From Spirochaetia bacterium (lineage in GTDB: Bacteria > Spirochaetota > Spirochaetia > CADAEX01), in contig OY759746.1 of assembly GCA_963662795.1 (NCBI GenBank), positions 3,648,001-3,712,000 on the forward strand: a stretch of 64,000 nt of DNA, read 5' to 3'. Below are positions 50,618 to 58,794 of this stretch, piece by piece. Every line of letters starts with the position of its first letter. Positions within the stretch are counted from its first letter, which is position 1. Below the pieces are notes generated by a model that saw nothing but the letters and a program-made list of their open reading frames with translations, ran no database searches and was not told where the DNA came from. Both the position numbers and the translations under genes were made by a program.

Positions 50618-51046
50618 TTAAATTTCCCGTTGCTGAAATTCATAGTATCTTTTTTCTGCCAATTTAAATGCACTTTCTACTGTCTTTCTCAGTTCATCCA
50701 GTACCCATGGCTTTTGGATAAATGCAAATACATCTTTTTCCATTATTTTCCCAAGTTCAGCTGATTCAGAAAAGCCGGACATAAGTATAGATACAATTTC
50801 AGGATATTTTTCAGATACCGTTTTAATAAGGTCGATTCCATTTGCTTCAGGCATTCTTTGATCAGAAATAAGTACAGTTATATAATGTTCGTTGATTTTC
50901 AGATAATCAAGAACTTCTATTGCTCTTGTATTTAAAACGGTTTTTATATTGTTGTTGTTAGTCCATTTTTTAAAGCTGAGATTAATCAGATTAACTAAAG
51001 ATTGCTGATCATCTACAATAATCAATAATTTTTCCGGGCCACCCAT
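50618..51046 (-). CDS. Single-domain response regulator
   Basis: IVDDQ, ISDQRMP, MSG, QKPW. Confidence 0.88.
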   Translation of the reverse strand: MGGPEKLLIIVDDQQSLVNLINLSFKKWTNNNNIKTVLNTRAIEVLDYLKINEHYITVLISDQRMPEANGIDLIKTVSEKYPEIVSILMSGFSESAELGKIMEKDVFAFIQKPWVLDELRKTVESAFKLAEKRYYEFQQREI

Positions 51047-51146
51047 TTTTTCTAATATTTCCTCATATAAGGACTGATATTCTTTGAAAATTCAAACATA
51101 TTTATAGTATAACATATTTTTCTTCATGTAGAAACAAGAAATAAGC

Positions 51147-51182
51147 AAAAAAATTGCTTTGAGCGGTTAAACTCAAAGCAAT
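51147..51182 (-). terminator. Intrinsic terminator after the tRNA and che operon
   Basis: ATTGCTTTGAG (51153-51163) / CTCAAAGCAAT (51172-51182) stem, with an A-run that gives a minus-strand U-tract. Confidence 0.8.
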
Positions 51183-51210
51183 AATTCTTTACATAGCAAA
51201 TAGTTACATA

Positions 51211-51284
51211 TGGGCGACGGCAGATTCGAACTGCCGACCCCTTGCGTGTCGAGCAAGTACTCTAACCAACTGAGCTAGCCGCCC
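51211..51284 (-). tRNA. tRNA-Val(GAC), CCA not encoded
   Basis: GGGCGGC acceptor stem, TAGCTCAGTTGGTTAGAGTA D-arm, CTTGC-TCGACAC-GCAAG anticodon arm, GGCAG-TTCGAAT-CTGCC T-arm, discriminator A. Confidence 0.95.
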
Positions 51285-51288
51285 TATT

Positions 51289-51735
51289 TCATGTACCCTT
51301 AAGAACAGAAGTAAGACGTTCCAGTACTTTTATCCTGTCCAGAGGTTTTACTATATAATTTTTTGCACCGGAAAGTAAAGACTGTTTTACAAGTTCCTGC
51401 TTACCAAGAGCGCTGATCATAATGATAACTGCTTCAGGATCAAATTCTATAATTTTCTGAAGACAGGTAACACCATCCATATTCGGCATTGTTATGTCCA
51501 TGGTTACAAGATCTACATTGGGATGAAGTTCTTTATATTTTTCAAGCCCTTCGAGACCATCTTTAGCAGTTCCGATAATTTCAAACCCTTCAGATGTAAG
51601 GATCTGTGAAATCTGCTTTGCTACAAACATTGAGTCATCAACTATTAGTACCCTGTAAGCTGATCCATCAGGTTTCATACCGTCAGGTTTTTTTGTATTG
51701 ATGTTGGGATAATCCATTTTTGCTCTCATATACAA
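51289..51735 (-). CDS. cheY: Chemotaxis response regulator CheY
   Basis: VDDSMFV, TMDITMPNMDG, ISALG, VKP; spirochaete-type N-terminal extension; last gene of cheAWXY. Confidence 0.93.
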   Translation of the reverse strand: MYMRAKMDYPNINTKKPDGMKPDGSAYRVLIVDDSMFVAKQISQILTSEGFEIIGTAKDGLEGLEKYKELHPNVDLVTMDITMPNMDGVTCLQKIIEFDPEAVIIMISALGKQELVKQSLLSGAKNYIVKPLDRIKVLERLTSVLKGT

Positions 51736-51741
51736 ACTCCT

Positions 51742-52206
51742 CTAAGCTTTTTCTTTGACTGCGACATTAATTTCAATCCTGCCCTGTGTAAGTTCAATTG
51801 GAACTATCAGTGCTTCAACACCGCTGTCAGAGATAACCATATCTCTGCCAGTTACGATAGATGGAGGGGTAAGATCGAACCTGAATCCAATTTCATGCAG
51901 CTTTGTTACTGCCTGCCCTGTTATCATATTGGCAAGCTCCGTTATGGTAGCTTTTCCAAGTTCATCCAATTCTGTAAGTTCTTCCATGTTCATTTCAGAT
52001 GCTATTTTCAGAGCAGTTTCATGACTCATGTCAAGAAGAACCCTTCCCTCTACATCTCCTGCCAGACCTACTATTGTCGCGACTCCAAGGACAGGTTGTG
52101 AAGTCGATTTCAGATAAAGCTCTCCACGTTTTATTTCAGTATTAAGAACTTCCTTGAGTACATTGAAAGCGGCTTCTACAAAAGGGTTAATATACTCTAC
52201 TCTCAT
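51742..52206 (-). CDS. cheX: Chemotaxis phosphatase CheX
   Basis: MRVEYINPF, ELANMITG (ExxN), LTPPS. Confidence 0.95.
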   Translation of the reverse strand: MRVEYINPFVEAAFNVLKEVLNTEIKRGELYLKSTSQPVLGVATIVGLAGDVEGRVLLDMSHETALKIASEMNMEELTELDELGKATITELANMITGQAVTKLHEIGFRFDLTPPSIVTGRDMVISDSGVEALIVPIELTQGRIEINVAVKEKA

Positions 52207-52221
52207 ATTTTCTCCTTACAA

Positions 52222-53553
52222 TTAAATACCAGCATTTTTACGGTAAAAAACAATACCCTGTTCTTCATATTTATCTAATCCTTCAAGGACAATATTCTCA
52301 TTATCACCGGTAATAAGTATTCCATTATTTTTTAATTTTTCAAACAATTCACTTATAATTCTGAATTGTTCATTATAATCAAAAAATGATAAAACGTCCC
52401 TGCATATAATCATGTCTACATCAGGATAAGGATTATGATTTTTGACATCATGATATTCGAAATAAATAATATCTCTTAACTTTTGTGATATTACTCCTCC
52501 TTTTGTTCCTTCAGAGATAAAATCATTCAGATATCCGGGTACAGAAATCTTATCTACAGTTATATTAGGTGCATTTGAAATGCTTAAAAGATCTTTATCA
52601 TTTGCCCATATTTTTATGGCAGCATCAGGATTCTGTTTTCTCGCAATCGCTGCAATGGAATATGTTTCATATCCGTTTCCGCAGCCAATATCCCATATAT
52701 AATAGTTACCTTTTATATTTTCAGGAATTATTTTCATTAATGCCTGTGCTGCAATCTGATCAAAAAATCTACCTGTATTTCTTGAATAAAAAGTTTGTAT
52801 AAATTGTTCGGCATCTTCAACACCTGATAATTGAACATTTTCTCCTGATTCCCTTCTTTTTTTCAACCAATCATCATACCTGCCGAAAAACCAGGCCTCA
52901 TTTATATCAGTAACATGGAAGTTTATAAAGGTTTTAAGAGTATCCTTTATAAAATCCTTATTAACATCTGTTTCTGCTTTTACATCCGCGTTTCGGTAAA
53001 CAATTTTTTCCGGAATAGAACCAGATTCAAATTCTTTTTCCTCAGATTCAGGCTCCTGTTCTAATTCATTCTCCTGTCCGAAAATTCTTTCAATATCAAG
53101 GATAATATATATTTTAGAATCTTTATCGACTATTCCATTTATATATTTGATATTGATATTGCTGAAAATAGGATGAGGCGGCTGTATTGTAGATGATTGT
53201 ATCCCAATTACTTTGTTTATGGAGTCGACAATTACTCCAATCTTTTTATCGTCAACCGTTAAAACTATAACATCTTCCAGGTCATTATTATTTTCATCAT
53301 AAGAAACGCTGAACATAATTCTAAGATCTATAATTGATATAATATCGCCTCTAAGGTTAAATACGCCTCTGACATACGGTTCTGAGTTGGGAACAAATGT
53401 AAATTTATTGACTTTCTGAATTTCTTTTACCTTCATTATGTCAATTCCGTAATCTTTACCGCCAAGTGAGAAAGAAACCATTTTATAATCAATATTATCT
53501 ACAGCTTCTGTTTTATTATATTCTTCTTTTAGTTCCCAGATATCGGTATTCAT
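52222..53553 (-). CDS. cheW: CheW-CheR-like fusion (spirochaete CheW3 type)
   Basis: N-terminal CheW (YGIDIMKVKEI, GVFNLRGDII); C-terminal CheR-like domain (IWDIGCGNGYETYS, ICRDVLSF). Confidence 0.92.
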   Translation of the reverse strand: MNTDIWELKEEYNKTEAVDNIDYKMVSFSLGGKDYGIDIMKVKEIQKVNKFTFVPNSEPYVRGVFNLRGDIISIIDLRIMFSVSYDENNNDLEDVIVLTVDDKKIGVIVDSINKVIGIQSSTIQPPHPIFSNINIKYINGIVDKDSKIYIILDIERIFGQENELEQEPESEEKEFESGSIPEKIVYRNADVKAETDVNKDFIKDTLKTFINFHVTDINEAWFFGRYDDWLKKRRESGENVQLSGVEDAEQFIQTFYSRNTGRFFDQIAAQALMKIIPENIKGNYYIWDIGCGNGYETYSIAAIARKQNPDAAIKIWANDKDLLSISNAPNITVDKISVPGYLNDFISEGTKGGVISQKLRDIIYFEYHDVKNHNPYPDVDMIICRDVLSFFDYNEQFRIISELFEKLKNNGILITGDNENIVLEGLDKYEEQGIVFYRKNAGI

Positions 53554-53580
53554 TGTTATTCCTTATTTAAACATTCAAAG

Positions 53581-55950
53581 TCAATTTATATAATTTCTTC
53601 TCTCACGGGCTGTCCGTTCTTTTTTAAAGCAAAGTTCAAGTATCTGATTAACATCAAGAATCAGGGAAACCTGCCCGTCTCCAAGAATAGTCGCCCCTGC
53701 TATCCCCGTAACATTTGTATATTTATCTTTCAATGGCTTTATTACCACATCCTCTTCACCAATCAGCTGATCAACCATCAATCCGATTTTTTTATCGCTG
53801 CTGCCGACCACTACGATATAGTGGGTGTCTCCAGTCTCATTAGTCGGTATTCCAAATAATCTGTTTAAACGGACAAGGGAAACTACATCATCCCTCACAT
53901 CAAAAACTTCGTGATTATCAAGAAATTTAATGTCATCAGAAAATATCCTCTGGCTTTCAATGACTGAAGTTATTGGTATGGCATATATCTCTTTTCCAAC
54001 TTTTATAAGAAGCCCCTGAATAATTGCCAGGGTCAAGGGTAATCTGATGGACAGGGTTGTTCCTACTCCTTTCCGCGACCATACTGTGACAGACCCATTC
54101 AACTTTTCTATCTGTTTCTTTACTACATCCAGTCCGACACCTCTGCCTGATATGTTAGTTACTTCAGCAGCAGTAGAAAATCCCGGTTCAAAAATCAAGT
54201 TAAATGCTTCTATTTCTGTAAGAGCTTTACCGGGGTGAATAATACCCTTACTTACGGCCTTATCCCTTATTACATCTATATCAATACCTTTTCCGTCATC
54301 CGATATTTCAATCAGGATCATGTTGCCTTCGTTTTTTGCTTTTAGAACAATAGTTCCTTCTTCATTTTTTTTATTTTCAATTCTTTTTTCCGGTAATTCA
54401 ATGCCGTGATCCATTGAATTTCTTACACAGTGAATCAGCGGATCAAGCAGCTGCTCAATTACAGATTTGTCCAGCTCAGTATCTTCTCCCTCAATTACCA
54501 GCTGTATTTTTTTATCCAGTTTTTTTGATACATCCCGCACAAGCCTTGGAAATCTGGAAAAGATCTGTGAAATGGGTACCATTCTTATCTGAAGTACCCC
54601 TTCATGAAGTTCATTTGTGATTCTTCCAAAATTTTGTGAGGTATTTACAAGCTTAGTAATTGCATTTTTCAGGGTTGATTCAATATTGTTTAAAGCAGTT
54701 TTCGCAATTTCGTAATCCGGGGATAATTCTTTTTTAATAGCTTTAACATTTACCCCATCTTTGAGATATTTTTCAACGCCATCATATATATCATTGATAG
54801 TGTCATTCATTTTTTGCTGTTTTGTGTGCATTTCATCAAGTATACTTAAAAATTGAGAACTTATCTGATTAAAAGTTGCTTTATTGATTACTGTTTCACT
54901 GACAAGATTTAGAAGATTATCAATACGTCTTGAATCTACTTTTAATACTGTGGAATCGGTGCTTGTTGGTTTTTTTAATTTCTGGAGTTTTGTTTTATCG
55001 CCGGTATCTTCTGTATTTTCTGTATCTTCAACTTTTTCCGTCTCTTCCCTGCTCTCCTGCAGAACAACAGAAGTCTTTTTATCTTCAGGAACAGAATCAA
55101 TAATATTTTCATTTGCTGATTTTATATTTGGTAAATTATCATTTTTTTGTATTTCAGCAATATTTATTTCAGTTGTGACATCTGCGATTGTAATTAATTT
55201 CTTAATTTCACCAGGGTCTCTGTTTGTAGCAATAAAGAAATCAACAACAGGATAATAATTATCTTCATATAACATGTCGAAATCAGGTTTTGTTAACAAT
55301 ACTTTGGATAAATTTTTAAGTTTTGCGAAAACCTGTATTCCACCTATTGAATTCATGGGATTATCTTCATTATAGAAGACTTCGACATTATATATTTTTT
55401 CATCTTTTCCTGATTCGTTAAAAAGCTCCAGTAACTCATATTCTGTAAGTTTTTTTGAATCTTTAACTGTCGGAGCAGCCGGTTTTGATTGAATATCAGC
55501 TTTTTTCACTGGACTGTTTTTTTGTTTTTTATCTTTGATATTTTGTTTATCAGACCCTGATATTAATGATTTCAGAGTCTCTTTTATTTCTGCACAGTCT
55601 GACTTATAAACTTCCCCCTGTGTCCGTGCTTCAATCATTGCCTTGACAATGTCCAAAGATTCGAGAAGTATATCAATAACATCACTGTCAATATTGATTT
55701 TTTCCGCTCTTATATCATCCAGAAGATCTTCGAGAATATGAGTAAATTCAGATATTTCAAACATTTCAACTGCACCTGAATTTCCTTTAAGTGTGTGTGC
55801 AGCTCTGAATATTTCATCAATAGCTTCCTTGTTTCTGGGATCATTTTCTATTACTAAAATATTTTTTTCAAGATTCTCTATTTGCGCATTAGCTTCAAGA
55901 AAAAAATCTTTTAACAATTCCTCATTTGCCGGATCTAAATAATCGCTCAT
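53581..55950 (-). CDS. cheA: Chemotaxis histidine kinase CheA
   Basis: P1 IFRAAHTLKG, HCVRNSMDHG, SGRGVGLDVV, C-terminal CheW domain. Confidence 0.97.
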   Translation of the reverse strand: MSDYLDPANEELLKDFFLEANAQIENLEKNILVIENDPRNKEAIDEIFRAAHTLKGNSGAVEMFEISEFTHILEDLLDDIRAEKINIDSDVIDILLESLDIVKAMIEARTQGEVYKSDCAEIKETLKSLISGSDKQNIKDKKQKNSPVKKADIQSKPAAPTVKDSKKLTEYELLELFNESGKDEKIYNVEVFYNEDNPMNSIGGIQVFAKLKNLSKVLLTKPDFDMLYEDNYYPVVDFFIATNRDPGEIKKLITIADVTTEINIAEIQKNDNLPNIKSANENIIDSVPEDKKTSVVLQESREETEKVEDTENTEDTGDKTKLQKLKKPTSTDSTVLKVDSRRIDNLLNLVSETVINKATFNQISSQFLSILDEMHTKQQKMNDTINDIYDGVEKYLKDGVNVKAIKKELSPDYEIAKTALNNIESTLKNAITKLVNTSQNFGRITNELHEGVLQIRMVPISQIFSRFPRLVRDVSKKLDKKIQLVIEGEDTELDKSVIEQLLDPLIHCVRNSMDHGIELPEKRIENKKNEEGTIVLKAKNEGNMILIEISDDGKGIDIDVIRDKAVSKGIIHPGKALTEIEAFNLIFEPGFSTAAEVTNISGRGVGLDVVKKQIEKLNGSVTVWSRKGVGTTLSIRLPLTLAIIQGLLIKVGKEIYAIPITSVIESQRIFSDDIKFLDNHEVFDVRDDVVSLVRLNRLFGIPTNETGDTHYIVVVGSSDKKIGLMVDQLIGEEDVVIKPLKDKYTNVTGIAGATILGDGQVSLILDVNQILELCFKKERTARERRNYIN

Positions 55951-56005
55951 ATCTACTCTATTTTAAAAGGATTTTAAAGACAGCCTAAGCTATATTTTCT
56001 TCTAC

Positions 56006-56034
56006 ACTATAAAACATAAACAGTTTTTTTTCAA
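56006..56034 (-). promoter_or_regulatory. Sigma70-like promoter for the cheA operon
   Basis: Minus-strand TTGAAA (56034-56029), 17 bp spacer, TATAGT (56011-56006). Confidence 0.55.
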
Positions 56035-56039
56035 ACCAT

Positions 56040-56080
56040 AAATATAAAAAAGCCCCCTTTATGGGAGCTTTTTTATATTT
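56040..56080. terminator. Intrinsic terminator after flaA
   Basis: AAATATAAAAAAGCCCCC-TTTAT-GGGAGCTTTTTTATATTT hairpin flanked by A and T tracts. Confidence 0.8.
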
Positions 56081-56111
56081 CTAGCCGTTAAACATTATAT
56101 GTTCAGTAAGA

Positions 56112-57107
56112 TCATCCTTCATCTACGTGCATTTTTTTCTGTTCAAGATATCTTAGAACCTGCTGCTGACCAAGTCTTTCGAATTCAGCTGTTCTTCTTG
56201 ATTCTTCTCTTTCTTTGAGAATACCCCAGATAGCTTCTTCATCAACATCTCTTTCGATTGTGAGGACTGCTTTATCAAAAACAACAGATATATCCTTAAT
56301 GTAAGTAATGATATCCCCGCCTTCCTGTGAAGCATCCTTTATAATTCTTACTCCTGCAAGTTTTACCATTGGTGTAGCTTTCGGATAAAGAGGTGTCTGA
56401 TAAATATCTCTGTTTCTTACTTCTGTAATGTAATTAGGATTTTTCCAGGTAATAGTTCTCCAGCCTTCGAAATTAAGATAATCCATGAATATGGCTTTTT
56501 CTTCGTTGTTCTGATCTTTCAGAATTACTTCAAGACCGTTAGGGAAATTTGATCCATAAACATTCATTGAAAGTGATTTAATTACACCGACATTTTTAAC
56601 AACACCGTAGCCATCGATAAACTTTGAACCGTATCTGTCTGTATCGTCTTCTACAAGTTTGCCGTCACCTTCAATATTTGTTTTTTTCATGTAGGCAGGT
56701 ATCTCAAACGGTGGTTTGATCAATGCCCATGAATTAAATGATTCATCAGGAAAATGAATCCTGATACCAAGAACTTTTTCTCCTGCATATTTTTTTGCTT
56801 CTGCAATTACAGGAACCTCTTTTGTCATGGACAGGGCCTGATTCATAACTCTTCTTGATGAAGATGCAAGCACAACATCCCAGTTATTCAGAGCGATTGA
56901 TGTTTTCATCTCCGCTTTTTCTGCATCTGAATAAGATGTACCAGCTTTATCTGAATAATCTACAAGTGTTCTTGCGTTTTCTTTAGGACCCTGTTCAGGA
57001 TAATCTGCTGCCAATTTTGAAAAGTCAATCAATACAGCTTCTTCAGCAAATGAAATTGCACTAATGAAGAAAAAAACTGTTGTTAGAAGGATGAAGAACC
57101 GTTTCAT
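56112..57107 (-). CDS. flaA: Periplasmic flagellar filament sheath protein FlaA
   Basis: Signal peptide, LIDFSKL, VLGIRIHFP, GYGVVKNVGVIKS, WKNPNYITEVRNR. Confidence 0.95.
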   Translation of the reverse strand: MKRFFILLTTVFFFISAISFAEEAVLIDFSKLAADYPEQGPKENARTLVDYSDKAGTSYSDAEKAEMKTSIALNNWDVVLASSSRRVMNQALSMTKEVPVIAEAKKYAGEKVLGIRIHFPDESFNSWALIKPPFEIPAYMKKTNIEGDGKLVEDDTDRYGSKFIDGYGVVKNVGVIKSLSMNVYGSNFPNGLEVILKDQNNEEKAIFMDYLNFEGWRTITWKNPNYITEVRNRDIYQTPLYPKATPMVKLAGVRIIKDASQEGGDIITYIKDISVVFDKAVLTIERDVDEEAIWGILKEREESRRTAEFERLGQQQVLRYLEQKKMHVDEG

Positions 57108-57143
57108 CTATAGCTCCTTTTTCTTTAATAAACCTTAAATACA

Positions 57144-57171
57144 ATTATAAAATAGGTACAGATTTTGTCAA
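57144..57171 (-). promoter_or_regulatory. Consensus sigma70 promoter of flaA
   Basis: Minus-strand TTGACA (57171-57166), 16 bp spacer, TATAAT (57149-57144); AAAGGAG RBS before the ATG. Confidence 0.8.
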
Positions 57172-57242
57172 CAACTTTTATTTTTTTTTAGATTTTTGTA
57201 ATTGCTGACAAAACTTCCATTTTAATTGTAAAATAACCGGTT

Positions 57243-57707
57243 TTATTCCCTGTCGTCAATCAAAGTTTCTTCACCCGATATTGTAACAACCACCTTTTTA
57301 ACAAAGGGAAAATTAAACTTTATATTTTTTTTTAAAAGTCTAATTCCGGTATCGAAACCGTGTATTGCCTTTTTATCAGGAAAAAGCGCCTTAATATCAA
57401 GATCAAGGTAAATAATTTTATTCCTATATAACATTTTTTCCAGCTTTGTACCAGAAGAAAATAAAGAATCCAGCTTCATATTAAGGGGGCCAAGCAGCAA
57501 TTCCCGTGTAAATATGTCTACATTCTTCTCCCTGTTCATAAATCGGGGGATTTTGTGGCTTTCGCCTACTGTTTTACTGTTATTATGTTCAGGAAAGAAA
57601 AATATTCTTTCCGTTTTATGAAAATTTACAGAAATATATATTGCAAGTGATATTATAAATACTGCTAAAATGGAAATAGCAGATATAATCCTTAATTTCG
57701 TGCTCAA
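57243..57707 (-). CDS. Membrane-anchored hypothetical protein (GerMN-like)
   Basis: N-terminal TM, ELLLGP, NFPFVKKVVVTISGE; follows the amidase gene. Confidence 0.6.
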   Translation of the reverse strand: MSTKLRIISAISILAVFIISLAIYISVNFHKTERIFFFPEHNNSKTVGESHKIPRFMNREKNVDIFTRELLLGPLNMKLDSLFSSGTKLEKMLYRNKIIYLDLDIKALFPDKKAIHGFDTGIRLLKKNIKFNFPFVKKVVVTISGEETLIDDRE

Positions 57708-57708
57708 A

Positions 57709-58794
57709 TCAACTTTCTCCGCCGGTATTAATCATTTCAAGATTATCGATAAATCTTTTTATCCCATTATAAATACCTTCGGTTATTTTCTTCAAGTAAT
57801 TTTTATCCGAAAGATTTACAGATTCTTCTTTATTTGATACAAATCCCACTTCAATCAGAACAGAAGGCATTTTGGCATTTTTTACAACAAACCAGGTTTC
57901 TTCCTTTAAGCCTCGGTTTAAATCCTTACTGCCAATTGATTTATCAAGACCATCGAGGATATTTTGCGCCAATAAAATACTCTCTATTGTAAATTCTTCT
58001 TCAAGCATTGTATTCAGGATGGGAAGGATATCTTTTGTTTTTTTGTCAGCTTTGTTCTCATCAATCAAATCCCGCCTGTAATCAGGCGGCAGATACCAAA
58101 CCTCAAACCCTTTTGCGTTTTTATTGAAAGAAGCATTTGCATGTATTGAAACAAATACAATTGCCTCGTTTTTTCCAAGTTTGACATTATTTGCTTTTTC
58201 TACCCTGTCATCAAGTGAGGGATATGAATCGTTGTTTCTCGTCAGAATTATTTTTTTATCCCTGTAGGCAGAGGTTAGCCTCCTGTTTAGTTCAAGTGCA
58301 ATATCAAGTACGACATCTTTTTCATAAACAGTATAATTATTTCCATCAATATCATGTCTGCCTATTGCTCCGGAATCCCTTCCCCCATGCCCGGGATCAA
58401 TAATTATTGCAGCAATCCTGTGCCCCGAAGGTTTAACATCAGTCGGTTCCTTCTCAGCTGGTCTTGAGAAAGCAGTAAAACCGCTCTTTGAGAGTATTGC
58501 TTCAGCGGTTTTACCATCAATTATGATAATTCCTCCGTCCCTGTTTATCCTTGAGCCTGTTATTTTTTCCTTATAGTTATATACAACAAAATCTTCTCCC
58601 GGTTTGAAACTGAAAATATCTTCCCCGTACTTAAGTTCTCCGGTATCAAGTATTGGGGACCATCTGAATGAAAAATTATTTTGTTTAATAAAATCCGTCA
58701 GAGAAATATCATCAGATGCTGCATTGGCATTAAAACAGAGGATAAACAGAAGAATAACAATTAAAACTGCTGATTTCCGCCCTGTTATTACCAT
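57709..58794 (-). CDS. N-acetylmuramoyl-L-alanine amidase (Amidase_3)
   Basis: IIDPGHGGRD, EKDVVL, FVSIHANAS, PSVLIEVGFVSN. Confidence 0.93.
   Translation of the reverse strand: MVITGRKSAVLIVILLFILCFNANAASDDISLTDFIKQNNFSFRWSPILDTGELKYGEDIFSFKPGEDFVVYNYKEKITGSRINRDGGIIIIDGKTAEAILSKSGFTAFSRPAEKEPTDVKPSGHRIAAIIIDPGHGGRDSGAIGRHDIDGNNYTVYEKDVVLDIALELNRRLTSAYRDKKIILTRNNDSYPSLDDRVEKANNVKLGKNEAIVFVSIHANASFNKNAKGFEVWYLPPDYRRDLIDENKADKKTKDILPILNTMLEEEFTIESILLAQNILDGLDKSIGSKDLNRGLKEETWFVVKNAKMPSVLIEVGFVSNKEESVNLSDKNYLKKITEGIYNGIKRFIDNLEMINTGGES

Noticed and set aside
51047-51284. Integrative element or prophage at tRNA-Val
   Set aside because: No integrase, phage genes or duplicated tRNA 3' end (att site) were seen in the window.
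52222-53553. CheW-CheR fusion as a novelty
   Set aside because: This architecture is already described in Borrelia and Treponema (CheW3 type).
55003-55030. 9-bp tandem repeat in cheA (EDTENTEDT)
   Set aside because: Ordinary low-complexity variation in the P2-P3 linker.
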